Shown here in pieces: positions 47,792-57,800 of a stretch of 64,000 nt of DNA (its first letter is position 1; the number at the start of each line of letters is the position of its first letter). The position numbers were made by a program, and so were the translations under genes. This stretch comes from an uncultured Desulfarculus sp. (GTDB taxonomy: Bacteria > Desulfobacterota > Desulfarculia > Desulfarculales > Desulfarculaceae): assembly GCA_963665125.2 (NCBI GenBank), contig CAXXUK010000001.1, positions 1,152,001 to 1,216,000 of the forward strand. The letters run 5' to 3'. The notes beneath the pieces were generated by a model. The model did not search any database. It was not told where the DNA came from and saw only the letters and a list, made by a program, of their open reading frames with translations.

Positions 47792-48595
47792 ATGGCGATT
47801 TTTGAAGTAAAAAACCTATCAATGATCTTCGGCGGTCTGACTGCCTTGGACAAGGTCTCTCTCAGTGTTGAAAAAGGTTCGATCACCGCGGTGATCGGCC
47901 CCAACGGTGCGGGCAAGACGACTCTGTTCAACTGCATCTCCGGCTTGTACAAGCCAACCATCGGAGATATCTACTTCAACGGTCAGAAGATTACCGGCAA
48001 GAAGCCCCATCAAATAGCCGCCATGGGCGTGGGGCGCACTTTCCAGAACATCGAGCTTTTCAGCAATATGACCACCCTGGAAAACCTGATGCTGGGCAGG
48101 CACCTGCACATGAAGACAGGGCTCTGGTCAAGCTGCACATGGTGGCGCAGGGGTTCCAAGGCCTGCCAGATGGAAATCAACCATCGCGAAAAGGTCGAAG
48201 AAATCATCGATTTCCTTGACTTGCAATCGGCCCGCGACCGTTTCGTGGGCGGACTGCCCTACGGCACCCAAAAGGTCGTCGAATTGGGCCGGGCCCTGGC
48301 CACCGAGCCGCAGCTTCTGCTGTTGGACGAACCCGTGGCCGGCATGAACCTGGAGGAGAAACAAGACCTTCTGTTCTGGCTACAGGATATCAAGGAAGTA
48401 TTCGGGGTGACCCTGTTGATTATCGAGCACGACATGCGCATGGTCATGCAGATCAGCGACGACGTCATGGTGCTCAACTACGGCGAGCCCATTGCCTACG
48501 GCAAACCCGAGGAAGTCCAGAAGAACCCCGAGGTTCTCGCAGCATATCTTGGCGATACCGAAGCAGCCAACATCCCGGGAGGCAGTGATGCTTGA
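47792..48595 (+). CDS. HAAT ABC transporter ATPase, LivG-like
   Basis: GPNGAGKT, RTFQN, LPYG, LLDEP, IEHDM, AYLG. Confidence 0.96.
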   Translation: MAIFEVKNLSMIFGGLTALDKVSLSVEKGSITAVIGPNGAGKTTLFNCISGLYKPTIGDIYFNGQKITGKKPHQIAAMGVGRTFQNIELFSNMTTLENLMLGRHLHMKTGLWSSCTWWRRGSKACQMEINHREKVEEIIDFLDLQSARDRFVGGLPYGTQKVVELGRALATEPQLLLLDEPVAGMNLEEKQDLLFWLQDIKEVFGVTLLIIEHDMRMVMQISDDVMVLNYGEPIAYGKPEEVQKNPEVLAAYLGDTEAANIPGGSDA

Positions 48596-49355
48596 GGTTA
48601 AAAACATCGAAACCCTCTACGGGTTGATCATGGCCCTGCGCGGCGTCTCGCTTCAGCTGGAAGAGCACAAGATCACGGCGATCCTCGGTTCAAACGGCGC
48701 GGGCAAATCCACACTGATCAAGACGATCATGGGCCTGCTGGATGACCAGCCCGACAAGGGCTCCATCGAACTTGACGGCAAGCGCATCGATAAAAAGGAA
48801 ACCGAGGACATAGTCCGCATGGGCTTGGCCTTTGTTCCTGAAGGCCGCGAGGTTTTCGAGGAGCTGACGGTCCTGGAAAACCTGCAAATGGGGGCCTATA
48901 CCCGCAGGGGCGGCGACGCCAAAAAAGACTTGGACTGGGTTTTCACCCTGTTCCCCAGGTTAAAAGAGCGTATCAAGCAGACAGCAGGCACCCTGTCCGG
49001 CGGCGAGCAGCAAATGGTGGCAATTGGCCGCGCCCTTATGATGCGCCCGCGCATCCTGTTCCTCGACGAGCCCTCTCTGGGCCTGAGCCCCCTTCTGACC
49101 CAGGAAATTTTCGCCACCATCAAGCAGATCAACGAGCAAGAAGGCACCACCATTCTTCTTGTCGAGCAGAACGCAAACATGGCCTTGAGCGTTTGCCACA
49201 GGGGATATGTGTTGGAGAACGGTCGTTTCGTGCTGGATGGCACAGCTAAGGACCTGATGGAAAACGAAGACGTGAAGGAATTTTACCTTGGCGTCAAGAG
49301 CGATGTCTCAGTCAAAGGTTATCAGCGTTATAAGCGCAAAAAGCGCTGGAATTAA
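48588..49355 (+). CDS. HAAT ABC transporter ATPase, LivF-like
   Basis: GSNGAGKS, VPEGR, LSGGEQQM, DEPSLGL, VEQNA; C-terminal YKRKKRW. Confidence 0.96.
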   Translation: MLEVKNIETLYGLIMALRGVSLQLEEHKITAILGSNGAGKSTLIKTIMGLLDDQPDKGSIELDGKRIDKKETEDIVRMGLAFVPEGREVFEELTVLENLQMGAYTRRGGDAKKDLDWVFTLFPRLKERIKQTAGTLSGGEQQMVAIGRALMMRPRILFLDEPSLGLSPLLTQEIFATIKQINEQEGTTILLVEQNANMALSVCHRGYVLENGRFVLDGTAKDLMENEDVKEFYLGVKSDVSVKGYQRYKRKKRWN

Positions 49356-49369
49356 AGTCCATTACCCTA

Positions 49370-49397
49370 AGCTCCGGCATTCGCCGGAGCTTTTTTT
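49370..49397 (+). terminator. Intrinsic terminator
   Basis: AGCTCCGGC / GCCGGAGCT + T run. Confidence 0.88.
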
Positions 49398-49542
49398 ACC
49401 CCTTTCCGCCTCCTCGAAACAGTGTACATTTTGCTGAACGATGGGCTATCATGTTTACGGCCTATTTTCCATATCCTCTGCTTCGCACCACCAGCCGCAT
49501 GATTCAACAAGGGATACGCTCTTTTTCCTAACGGAGGTTCTG

Positions 49543-50298
49543 ATGGCTGAAGGATCGTCGGTGCGCATGTGGCGGGAGTCGGAAAAGGTGCTCAGGGACA
49601 CCATCGGCATGGTGGATGATGAATTCGCGGACCTGACCATGGATTTGCTGTTTGGTCAGCTCTACGGCCGGGAAGACAAGCTGGACCTGAAGACCAGAGA
49701 GCTTTGCATCATCGCCACGTTGACGGCGTTGCACAAACCAGAGGAAATCAAGACCCACCTCACCGCGGCCTTCAACCTGGGCTGGACCTACGAAGAGCTG
49801 CGCGAAATAATGCTTATTTCAGTGCTCACCACCGGTTGGCCCGCAGTGGCCGACGCCCTGCGCCAGTTGGTTGGCTGGTGTCTGGAAAAGGAAGTGCCCC
49901 TGGCGGCCCCGGGCCCCCGAAGGGATGGATACGACAACCTGGACTGGTACGGTATGGGCGAAAAAAAGTGCCAAAGCCTGTTTGGCGAGGGGCCGTGGAA
50001 AGAGCTGACCGACGCCCTGGACCTGCTTGATCCGGACCTGAAAAAATGGGCCGTATCAAACCTTTTCGGCAGGATGCTCACCAGGGGCAGGATCGACGAC
50101 CGCACGGTCTGCCTTTGCTTGACCACGGCCTTTGCCGCCCTCCGCAGCCCCCGGATGCTCAAACCTTTCATTGCCGCCGCGCTCAATAGCGGGGCCAGCG
50201 CTGTTGAAATCGAGGAAGTGCTGTTCCAGGCCGGCCTTTATGCCGGGCAAGGTGCCGTGGCCGACGCCGTGGCCGTATGGAAGGAAGTGCAATCATGA
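49543..50298 (+). CDS. Tandem carboxymuconolactone decarboxylase (CMD/AhpD-like) protein
   Basis: Two repeats of FG....R..LD.KTREL / A.N.G....E..E; GGAGG RBS. Confidence 0.85.
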   Translation: MAEGSSVRMWRESEKVLRDTIGMVDDEFADLTMDLLFGQLYGREDKLDLKTRELCIIATLTALHKPEEIKTHLTAAFNLGWTYEELREIMLISVLTTGWPAVADALRQLVGWCLEKEVPLAAPGPRRDGYDNLDWYGMGEKKCQSLFGEGPWKELTDALDLLDPDLKKWAVSNLFGRMLTRGRIDDRTVCLCLTTAFAALRSPRMLKPFIAAALNSGASAVEIEEVLFQAGLYAGQGAVADAVAVWKEVQS

Positions 50299-51167
50299 AA
50301 TCCGTGGGAGTGATCGGCTTGGGCTGGATGGGCAACCCAATGGCCAAGAATCTGGTGAACGCCGGTTTTGAAGTAACGGTCTTTGATCTGCGTCCCGACG
50401 CTGTCGAGGAACTGGCGGCAATGGGAGCGCGCCCGGCGGCCGACCTCGGCGGTTTGGCTGAATGCGACCCGGTGTTGGTTATAGTTCAGACCGGCGATCA
50501 GGTCCGCGGGGTGGTGCGCCAACTGGCCGAAGCTCCAAACAACGGAGAGGGTCGTACGATAGCCATAATGTCCACGGTTACGCCGCAATTGGTGCGCGAG
50601 CTCGCCCAGGAATATGGGCAACAGGGCCTCGAGTTTGTCGACGCTCCGGTGAGCGGCGCGCCCATTGTGGCCCAATTGGCCGCCCTTAGCATCATGGTCG
50701 GCGGCGACCAGTCGGACGTGCAAAAGCTGATGCCCTATTTCAAGGCCATGGGCCAGTCCATAGAGCACATGGGTCCCCTTGGCGCGGGCATGTCCATGAA
50801 GATGGTCAACAATATCATCGGCCTTGCTAACGCCTATATTCTGCCAGAGGCTTTGAAGATGGGCGTCAAGGGAGGCCTTGACGTTGCCCAAATGGTCCAG
50901 GTGATGCGGGCCAGCTCGGGCAGCAACTGGCTTTTAGAAAACTGGGGCATGTACATGGGCCTGTTGGGCATCGTGGCCAATGATCCGCCCCAGCGGGAGA
51001 ACTTCAACCTCATCGCCCGCAAGGACCTGCTCTCAGCCGTGGCCATGGCCGATGACCTGGGGCTTGATTCACCGATTATCCGCTCGGTCCAAAAGATCAT
51101 GGATGACGGAGATATAATCACCCCGGAGATGTTTGAAAAATTATCAGCAGCCCAGGTTGACCAGTAA
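50295..51167 (+). CDS. 3-hydroxyisobutyrate dehydrogenase-family NAD(P) oxidoreductase
   Basis: GLGWMG, VDAPVSG, MVGG, KMVNN; ATGA overlap. Confidence 0.92.
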   Translation: MKSVGVIGLGWMGNPMAKNLVNAGFEVTVFDLRPDAVEELAAMGARPAADLGGLAECDPVLVIVQTGDQVRGVVRQLAEAPNNGEGRTIAIMSTVTPQLVRELAQEYGQQGLEFVDAPVSGAPIVAQLAALSIMVGGDQSDVQKLMPYFKAMGQSIEHMGPLGAGMSMKMVNNIIGLANAYILPEALKMGVKGGLDVAQMVQVMRASSGSNWLLENWGMYMGLLGIVANDPPQRENFNLIARKDLLSAVAMADDLGLDSPIIRSVQKIMDDGDIITPEMFEKLSAAQVDQ

Positions 51168-51185
51168 ATTTCAGGGGATAACGTG

Positions 51186-51230
51186 AACAGCGCCGCCGGG
51201 ATGCCATACACCATTCCGGCGGCGCCGTTT
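51186..51230. terminator. Hairpin between convergent genes
   Basis: GCGCCGCCGG / CCGGCGGCGC + TTTT. Confidence 0.7.
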
Positions 51231-51234
51231 TGAA

Positions 51235-51879
51235 CTACACCGAGCGCTCCATGCGGTAATGGGCCACATCTTCAACGCTCAGAACCGGGAAACCCTGTTG
51301 CTCGGCAAACCGGACAATGCCAGGCAGCTTGGCCATGGTGCCGTCGGGATTGGTCAGCTCGCACAGTACGCCATAGGGCCGGAGGCCGGCCAGGCGCATC
51401 AGGTCAACCGTGGCCTCGGTATGGCCCCGGCGCTCGATCACCCCGCCGTCACGGGCCCGCAGGGGAAAGACATGCCCCGGCCTGCTCAGATCAGCAGGCA
51501 CCGCATTGTCGGCGATGGCGGCCTTGACTGTAGTCACCCTGTCGGCCGCCGACACGCCGGTGGTCACGCCCTGGGCGGCCTCGATACTCACCGTGAATGC
51601 CGTGCCGTAGCGGCTGCTGTTGTGATCTGTCATCATGGGCAGATCAAGGGCCTTGATCCTTTCGCCCGTCAGACATAGGCAGACGATACCGCTGCATTCC
51701 CGGATCAGCATAGCCATCTGTTCATCGGTGAGGCTTTGGGCGGCGAAGATCAGATCACCCTCGTTTTCGCGGTCTTCGTCGTCCACCACCAACACTCCGG
51801 AGCCTTTGCCCAAGGCCCCCATGGCGGTTTCCACCCTTTGTACGGATGATCCAAAACGGGTTAACAAGGACTGATTCAT
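51235..51879 (-). CDS. ribB: 3,4-dihydroxy-2-butanone 4-phosphate synthase
   Basis: [40 protein letters not shown]. Confidence 0.98.
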   Translation of the reverse strand: MNQSLLTRFGSSVQRVETAMGALGKGSGVLVVDDEDRENEGDLIFAAQSLTDEQMAMLIRECSGIVCLCLTGERIKALDLPMMTDHNSSRYGTAFTVSIEAAQGVTTGVSAADRVTTVKAAIADNAVPADLSRPGHVFPLRARDGGVIERRGHTEATVDLMRLAGLRPYGVLCELTNPDGTMAKLPGIVRFAEQQGFPVLSVEDVAHYRMERSV

Positions 51880-52010
51880 GGCTCTACTCCTTTAACAATA
51901 ACAGCATGTTGTTGCCAGAATCAGGGCGTGGGACAGGTACGGCGGCGCACATATCAATGCACCGGCCGCTGCACGGGCTGTTGGGCCCGAAAGGCAAAGT
52001 TGACCTGCCC

Positions 52011-52156
52011 TATTCTCTTCCATCCGGACTGTAACCGTCGGCTCCGGCATCTCACCGGATCTGCTGACCCTTGGCTTTTTGCCAAGGCGCTCGCGGGCTC
52101 CCCGCAGTTTTCGCGGGACACCGCCGGTGGGGACTTTCACCCCGCCCTGAGAATAA
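52011..52156 (-). ncRNA. FMN riboswitch (RFN element)
   Basis: Minus strand CTCAGGGCGGGGTGAAAGTCCCCACCGGCGGT...AGCCCGCGAGCG...GTCAGCAGATCCGGTGAGATGCCGGAGCCGACGGTTACAGTCCGGATGGAAGAG upstream of ribB. Confidence 0.97.
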
Positions 52157-52219
52157 GTGTATTGGTACACTATCGCTTATCGAAAATTTGTCAAGGGGTT
52201 GCCGCAGATGCGGCGGAAG

Positions 52220-52888
52220 CTAGATAATCCCGGCGCATAGGGCCAATTCAAGATGGGAGTCGAAGACCCGGGCGGCCTGATCCAGGTAATGGGCCTTCAG
52301 GGTGGTGGTAAGGGCATAACAGGTGGCTCCGGCCGCTTTTGCCGCCTGGATTCCGGCAGGGGCGTTTTCGATAACCAGGCAAGCGGACGGATCGGCCGAC
52401 AAGGCCCGCGCAGCCGCCAGATAGGGTTCCGGCTCTGGTTTGTGCCGGCTTACGTCTTCGGAGGTGACGATATGGCTGAACATGTTATATAGCTCAGAGC
52501 CAAGGCTGGACTCCACCACCGGGCGGCTGGAACTGGTAACCAGGGCCAGAGGAATGCCGTTGTTGGCCACGCGCCTGATCACCTCCACGGCCTCGGGAAA
52601 AGGACGCACTTCGTCGGCGTGGCGTTCTATATACATTTTGGCCTGACGGGGCAAAAGCTCGGCCATGAGTCCGGCGGCCTGATCCGGCGTCAGTTTTTGG
52701 GACGCACCGGCCAATTCGCATAGCACCTGGGGCTTCAAACAGCCCTCGTGGCGCAAGATAAACTCCAGATCAACCCGGAAGCCCTTTTCGAAAAGAAGTT
52801 CGCGCCAGCAGGCCGCATGGCGGTCCATGGTGTCCAGGACAACCCCATCCATATCAAAAAGCACCGCCTGGAATGCCCTGCCAGTCAT
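52220..52888 (-). CDS. HAD-family phosphatase (beta-PGM-like)
   Basis: FDMDGV, VTSS, KPEPEPY, IENAPAGIQAA. Confidence 0.92.
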   Translation of the reverse strand: MTGRAFQAVLFDMDGVVLDTMDRHAACWRELLFEKGFRVDLEFILRHEGCLKPQVLCELAGASQKLTPDQAAGLMAELLPRQAKMYIERHADEVRPFPEAVEVIRRVANNGIPLALVTSSSRPVVESSLGSELYNMFSHIVTSEDVSRHKPEPEPYLAAARALSADPSACLVIENAPAGIQAAKAAGATCYALTTTLKAHYLDQAARVFDSHLELALCAGII

Positions 52889-53547
52889 TTTGCCGCACCG
52901 CCGTTGAAATCCACATAACTGACCACGCCGTGGCAACGGCAGGCCGTGGCCAGCAGCCACTCGCCGCCAAGACGGCCGACTTCCTGTTTCAATTGAAGCA
53001 TCTCGTGCACGGGCAGTCCGCCCACGCCCGGTGCCAGTTGGAGGCTGCGCACAACGCCCACCCGCATGCCCACGGCCTTTATATCGGAAATCCGCTTGAA
53101 CATGGGGGTGCCCCTTGGTTTGCCGGTATGGGTGCACACTTCCACAGGCTCCGGGCAATCGTCGGGGCACATGAAATCGGCCAGGCTGAGATAAGCCTCG
53201 CCGCCTTCACCTCTATGCAGCATCTTGACTTCGGGGATCAGATGATCCGGCACCGGTCCAAAAACCGGATTTTTCCGCGCCAAATCAGCGGCTATCCATT
53301 TTGCCAGGAGATGAATAGGCGCCGCGGGGATGATCCATTTCACCGGCGTTTTGCGCCCTGCAAGGGCCTCGACCACGGCATCCACGGCGTCCTTTTGCCA
53401 TAGTTCCGCGCCGGCAGCCTCGGTCAAGCCGGCAACCTCCCGGTCAGGCTGCATATCGGCCACAATGGCGATGCGCTCGGGTATGCGCTGGAGGGCAAGC
53501 TTGCCGAACCGCCCCCCGCCAACCAGCATTATATTTTTTTTAACCAT
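52885..53547 (-). CDS. Hypothetical Rossmann-like protein with Cys-rich metal motifs
   Basis: VGGGRFG, CPDDCPEP..VC, ACRCHG; ATGA-coupled to the HAD gene. Confidence 0.78.
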   Translation of the reverse strand: MVKKNIMLVGGGRFGKLALQRIPERIAIVADMQPDREVAGLTEAAGAELWQKDAVDAVVEALAGRKTPVKWIIPAAPIHLLAKWIAADLARKNPVFGPVPDHLIPEVKMLHRGEGGEAYLSLADFMCPDDCPEPVEVCTHTGKPRGTPMFKRISDIKAVGMRVGVVRSLQLAPGVGGLPVHEMLQLKQEVGRLGGEWLLATACRCHGVVSYVDFNGGAAK

Positions 53548-53548
53548 A

Positions 53549-54781
53549 TCATTTTTTCGGTACGTAGGAAGTCCAGTGTTCAACAGCGGGGTGGATATGC
53601 AGGAAACCAAATTCCTGCCCCAGTTCCATAATGATAACCACACTGAACAGTACCAGCAACAATACGCCCCAAAGGCGGGGCGCCGGCCAGCCCTGGGGCC
53701 GCCGCAGGATCAGCACCAGAGCTGGCGCCAGGCCTATGAATATGCCCAGCCCCAGGCCGCCGGCCACATCCAGCGCAACCAGAAACAGGTCCGGCCAGAT
53801 CAGCACAACCAGAAGCGGAGGAAGAAAAGTTATCAAGGGCTTGGCCCACCGCTCACGGCCGCCGATGTATTTTGAGGCCAGATCGCCCCAAAATGCCATT
53901 AGGCCCGCTCCGACGCCGAGATAGCTGGTGAAGATGGCCGTAAGGGAAAAGATCATGCCCATCAGCGTAACCTGGGTAGAGTGAATGCCCTTGGCCAGGG
54001 GAACCGTGGCGGGCTGATCCAATTCAAAGGCCTTCAAGATGCTGGCCTCGCCGCCTGTCATGGGCAGGGCTCCGATAAAGGCCAGCAGACACAGGCTGCC
54101 CACCACCCAGGGTATCAGCGAGCCTATAACCATGGCGCTGAAAATCCTTTTACGGTTTCCGCCCATATAGCGGCAGGTGAGAGGCACGAGGTTATGAAAG
54201 GCAAGGCTGCAGGTTATCACCGGCAAGGTGGCCGGCAGATAGCCCCAATCCACATAATACAGGCGCTGTGCATCCATATGCTGGAACGTAAAATAAAGCA
54301 AAGCCGCCAGGCTGATGAAAAGCAAGGCCATAATATATGCGTTCAGACGCATCAGCAGTTCATGGCCGAACAGGCAGGCGGCCGTGGCCACGGCGAAAAA
54401 TGACAACATGGCCACCGCGCCGGAGCCGCCGATCCCCAATAACGAATTGATCACCGACCCCGCGCCGGCCAGATAGGCCACCATGATGCCATAATAGTTG
54501 ATCAGATAACCGGTCAGAGCCAGCCATTTGGCCCAGGTTCCCAGTTCGTTCTGGTAAATGGTGGCCAGATCGGCTTTTGGATCGTGACAGCGCAGATAGG
54601 CCCCGGCAATGACCCAGGCCGTGGCCATGCTGGCCACCCAAATTAAGGTCATGCCCACCATTGCGGGCCAGAATCCGGTTAGGCCGGTCTGAATGGGCAG
54701 GCCCAGGATGCCCGCTCCTACCGCCGCGCCGCCGATCAGCAGCGCGGCATGAAACACATTGGTGGTTTGCTTGGCGGGCAT
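53549..54781 (-). CDS. Aromatic amino acid permease (TyrP/Mtr-like)
   Basis: IGGAAVGAGILGLP, FHNLVP, AIFTSYLGV; about 11 TM. Confidence 0.9.
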   Translation of the reverse strand: MPAKQTTNVFHAALLIGGAAVGAGILGLPIQTGLTGFWPAMVGMTLIWVASMATAWVIAGAYLRCHDPKADLATIYQNELGTWAKWLALTGYLINYYGIMVAYLAGAGSVINSLLGIGGSGAVAMLSFFAVATAACLFGHELLMRLNAYIMALLFISLAALLYFTFQHMDAQRLYYVDWGYLPATLPVITCSLAFHNLVPLTCRYMGGNRKRIFSAMVIGSLIPWVVGSLCLLAFIGALPMTGGEASILKAFELDQPATVPLAKGIHSTQVTLMGMIFSLTAIFTSYLGVGAGLMAFWGDLASKYIGGRERWAKPLITFLPPLLVVLIWPDLFLVALDVAGGLGLGIFIGLAPALVLILRRPQGWPAPRLWGVLLLVLFSVVIIMELGQEFGFLHIHPAVEHWTSYVPKK

Positions 54782-54882
54782 TACTGGTATTCTCCGGATG
54801 TTGATAAATTAGATAAATGTTTTTAAAATGTTAGCAGATTGCTCCCGTAAATGTAACAATACTTGGCACATTGTGGCTTTGA

Positions 54883-55374
54883 CTACTTCAAAGGCAGTTT
54901 TCGCAATACAGCATCATCGACCCAGACCTGGCCGACACCGTTGATGACCAGGTTCAGGGTGACTTTGGTGGCCTTTTGCCCTTTTTTAAGGACAAACTCG
55001 GTTTTGATACCCTTCCAGCCGCCGTCACCATTGGCCTGATCATTCAGGCCCCTGGAAAAATAGCCGCGCCCGGCGACCTCCACCCACATCTCCAGGTATG
55101 CACTGCCTTGCAGGCGGCTTTTCACCTTTGCCTGATACACCAGGCGGGCATTGTCAACCTCAAGGCCGTCAATCTGGCCAAGACAAACCACGGCGGGCCA
55201 CTTCGTTTGGATGTTGATGGAAGCCTCACCCTGAGTCTTGTATGTGGAGTCGGCCTTGATCTGCGGGCTGACCAGGGCAGCATCGTCCAGCGGCAGGTTT
55301 AACAGATTATCGGCCATGCCCGGGGCCGCAAAAGTAACAACAAAAATGAGACACATGATAGTTGCACGGCGCAT
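54883..55374 (-). CDS. Exported hypothetical protein, beta-sandwich (CBM-like)
   Basis: Signal peptide; beta-rich with terminal G.VWVDD..L; fold call is inference. Confidence 0.7.
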   Translation of the reverse strand: MRRATIMCLIFVVTFAAPGMADNLLNLPLDDAALVSPQIKADSTYKTQGEASINIQTKWPAVVCLGQIDGLEVDNARLVYQAKVKSRLQGSAYLEMWVEVAGRGYFSRGLNDQANGDGGWKGIKTEFVLKKGQKATKVTLNLVINGVGQVWVDDAVLRKLPLK

Positions 55375-55454
55375 GTCATTACCCCACTTTCCGTTATTGG
55401 CAACATAATTACTGACTATTTCCGCGAAAACGCGCCAACTGCAAGGAAAATGCA

Positions 55455-55493
55455 AAAAAAAGAGCCAAACCTATTGGTCTGGCTCTTTGGGTC
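55455..55493 (-). terminator. Terminator after tRNA-Cys
   Basis: AAAGAGCCA / TGGCTCTTT + T run. Confidence 0.75.
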
Positions 55494-55501
55494 CTTTTTT
55501 T

Positions 55502-55576
55502 TGGAGGCGGCGACCGGATTTGAACCGGTGAATAACGGATTTGCAGTCCGCTGCCTTACCACTTGGCTACGCCGCC
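55502..55576 (-). tRNA. tRNA-Cys(GCA)
   Basis: GGCGGCG acceptor, GCA anticodon, GGTTCAAATCC, CCA. Confidence 0.97.
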
Positions 55577-55667
55577 GTATATAGCTGAATTGTCTTTGGG
55601 TACGCCGCGTTATGCAGCCCCGAAAACAGGGCAATCTTATAGGCTCGCGCCCAAGGTGTCAAGGGTT

Positions 55668-56288
55668 TCAAGCCTGCTCTTGTTCAGCATTGGCTGCGGC
55701 CTTTTCATCCAGTAGTTTTAAAAACGCGTCGACTATATTCGGGTCAAGGGTAAGTCCGGCGTCTTCCAGCATTATTTCCCTGGCCTCCTGTTCATTCATT
55801 GCGTCGGTGGTGCCGTGGCCACGCACAAGTGTCTGATATGCATGCAGAACAGAAACCAGGCGAGCCAGTTTCGGAACCTGTTCCCCCTTCAGGCCATCGG
55901 GGAACCCGGAACCGTCCCAGTGCTCATGGTGATGGCGCACCACGGGCAAGATGGGCAACATGCAGGAAACATTTTTCAGCAGTTCGGCGCCCAATTCCGG
56001 GTGCTGGTTTTCCATGTCCGCGTTGTGAGCGTTTTCAGCCTGCCAATCCTGTAAACTCATGGGAGAGGTGAGATACCCCACATCATGGAACAGCCCACCC
56101 AAAAAAGCCGCGCGCTGAAGACCGTCATCCCAACCCAGCCGGGACGCCACTTCCTTGCATAATTTGGCCAACTCCTGGCTGTGCTCGAGAAGCTTGGGGC
56201 TGATCAACCGGTAGGCGTTTACCAGCAGATGTGTAACATCGGGCAGGGCCTTGAGTTGGTCCTCGGAAAATAGTGCTTGCTCGGTCAT
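55668..56288 (-). CDS. Stand-alone HD-GYP domain protein
   Basis: EHS, FHDVG, QHP..G, HHHEHWDGSGFPDGL, LDPNIV. Confidence 0.9.
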   Translation of the reverse strand: MTEQALFSEDQLKALPDVTHLLVNAYRLISPKLLEHSQELAKLCKEVASRLGWDDGLQRAAFLGGLFHDVGYLTSPMSLQDWQAENAHNADMENQHPELGAELLKNVSCMLPILPVVRHHHEHWDGSGFPDGLKGEQVPKLARLVSVLHAYQTLVRGHGTTDAMNEQEAREIMLEDAGLTLDPNIVDAFLKLLDEKAAANAEQEQA

Positions 56289-56344
56289 ATAATACATCCC
56301 TGTTGCTAACGTGATGATTATGAATAATACCTTAAAAGCAGGCA

Positions 56345-56374
56345 CAAAAAAAAGCCAGCCCCGAAAGGCTGGCT
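56345..56374 (-). terminator. Terminator after tRNA-Gly
   Basis: AGCCAGCC / GGCTGGCT + long T run. Confidence 0.85.
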
Positions 56375-56386
56375 GGTACTCCTTGG

Positions 56387-56461
<75 letters not shown>

Positions 56462-56510
56462 AAGTTCCGTGAGCAATAATACATGATTACGTTACGTTGT
56501 CAAGGCTGCC

Positions 56511-57095
56511 TTATTGCATTTTTTCATCTGAATTTTGCTCCAGGCTGCGTTTGAATTGCACAAAGTAAGACAGCCCGGACCAAGCCGTTAAAATCACCGC
56601 CACCCACAGCACATAGGAACCCCAGACATGCATCTGGGCCGCGCCGATAGTCTCCGGCAGGATCAGTAAAAATACCGCCAACATCTGAACAGCGGTCTTG
56701 AATTTGCCCAGATAGTCGCTGGGCACGGTAAGCCCCTGTGACGAAGCCAGTGCCCGCATGCCCGTGACCGCTATTTCGCGGCCAACGATAATCACGCTCA
56801 TCCAGGCCGGAGCCCTGCCGATGTCGGTAAGCACTATCAGCAACGAAGCGATAAGCAATTTGTCTGACACCGGGTCCAGAAACTGGCCGATCAAGGTGAC
56901 CTTCTTTAGCCTGCGGGCCAAAATGCCGTCGAATAGATCGGTCAGACCAGCCACGAAAAACAAGCCGCCCGTAGCCCAGGCGAAGCCCCTGCCCGGCTGA
57001 TAAAGCATTATCAGCAAAAAGGGGATCGAACCCATGCGCAGCATGCTGAGCAGGTTCGGCAGGTTGAACAGGTCTTCCCTCCTGGCCGGTGTCAT
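56511..57095 (-). CDS. pgsA: CDP-diacylglycerol--glycerol-3-phosphate 3-phosphatidyltransferase
   Basis: NLPNLLS..R, TDLFDGILAR, GQFLDPVSDK, GKFKT. Confidence 0.96.
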   Translation of the reverse strand: MTPARREDLFNLPNLLSMLRMGSIPFLLIMLYQPGRGFAWATGGLFFVAGLTDLFDGILARRLKKVTLIGQFLDPVSDKLLIASLLIVLTDIGRAPAWMSVIIVGREIAVTGMRALASSQGLTVPSDYLGKFKTAVQMLAVFLLILPETIGAAQMHVWGSYVLWVAVILTAWSGLSYFVQFKRSLEQNSDEKMQ

Positions 57096-57117
57096 GCTAA
57101 GTGCCTCGTTCCTTTCG

Positions 57118-57762
57118 CTATTTGGCTCGTTTCTCCCAATCGGCCAGGAATGCCGCCAGACCATTGTCGGTCAGCGGGTGAGCCAACAGCTGGTTGATGA
57201 CCTTCAGCGGGATGGTGCAGACATCGGCGCCCATCAAGGCGGCGTCCACCACATGCATGGGGTTGCGGATGCTGGCCACCAGGACCTCGGTGTCAAAAGC
57301 GTAATTGTCGTAGATGTCGACAATCTGGCTGATCAGGTCCATGCCGTTTTGGGAGATGTCGTCCAAGCGGCCCACGAACGGGCTGATATAGGCCGCACCG
57401 GCCTTGGCGGCCAAAAGCGCCTGCATGGGCGAGAAGCACAGCGTCGTGTTGACCTTGATGCCCTTGTCCGAAAGGGTTTTGATGGCCTTGAGGCCTTCCC
57501 TGATGATCGGAATCTTGATGACGACATTGTCGGCCCAGGCGGCGTATTTCTCGGCCTCGGCGACCATCTCATCGTGGGTAACGCCGACACACTCAACGCT
57601 GACCGGCCCGGGAACCTCGTCGAGGATCTCGCGGATGCACTTTTCAAAGGGCTTGCCGGTTTTGGCGACCAGCGAGGGGTTGGTGGTCACGCCATCCAAT
57701 ACGCCCAGGCTTTTCGCTTCCTTGATTTCACTGATGTCTGCGGTGTCGATAAAGATTTTCAT
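57118..57762 (-). CDS. Transaldolase/fructose-6-phosphate aldolase family (TalC type)
   Basis: [33 protein letters not shown]. Confidence 0.96.
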   Translation of the reverse strand: MKIFIDTADISEIKEAKSLGVLDGVTTNPSLVAKTGKPFEKCIREILDEVPGPVSVECVGVTHDEMVAEAEKYAAWADNVVIKIPIIREGLKAIKTLSDKGIKVNTTLCFSPMQALLAAKAGAAYISPFVGRLDDISQNGMDLISQIVDIYDNYAFDTEVLVASIRNPMHVVDAALMGADVCTIPLKVINQLLAHPLTDNGLAAFLADWEKRAK

Positions 57763-57800
57763 GGCTATCCTCCAAACGCCATGCAAAGGTGATCAATCAA

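Noticed and set aside
47650..47805. 51-aa ORF coupled to the livH stop (TAATG) and overlapping livG
   Set aside because: No motif or protein-like pattern; could be chance or a deletion scar
53038..53049. 11/12 match to the tRNA-Cys 3' end as a possible att repeat
   Set aside because: Short, and lies inside an intact coding sequence
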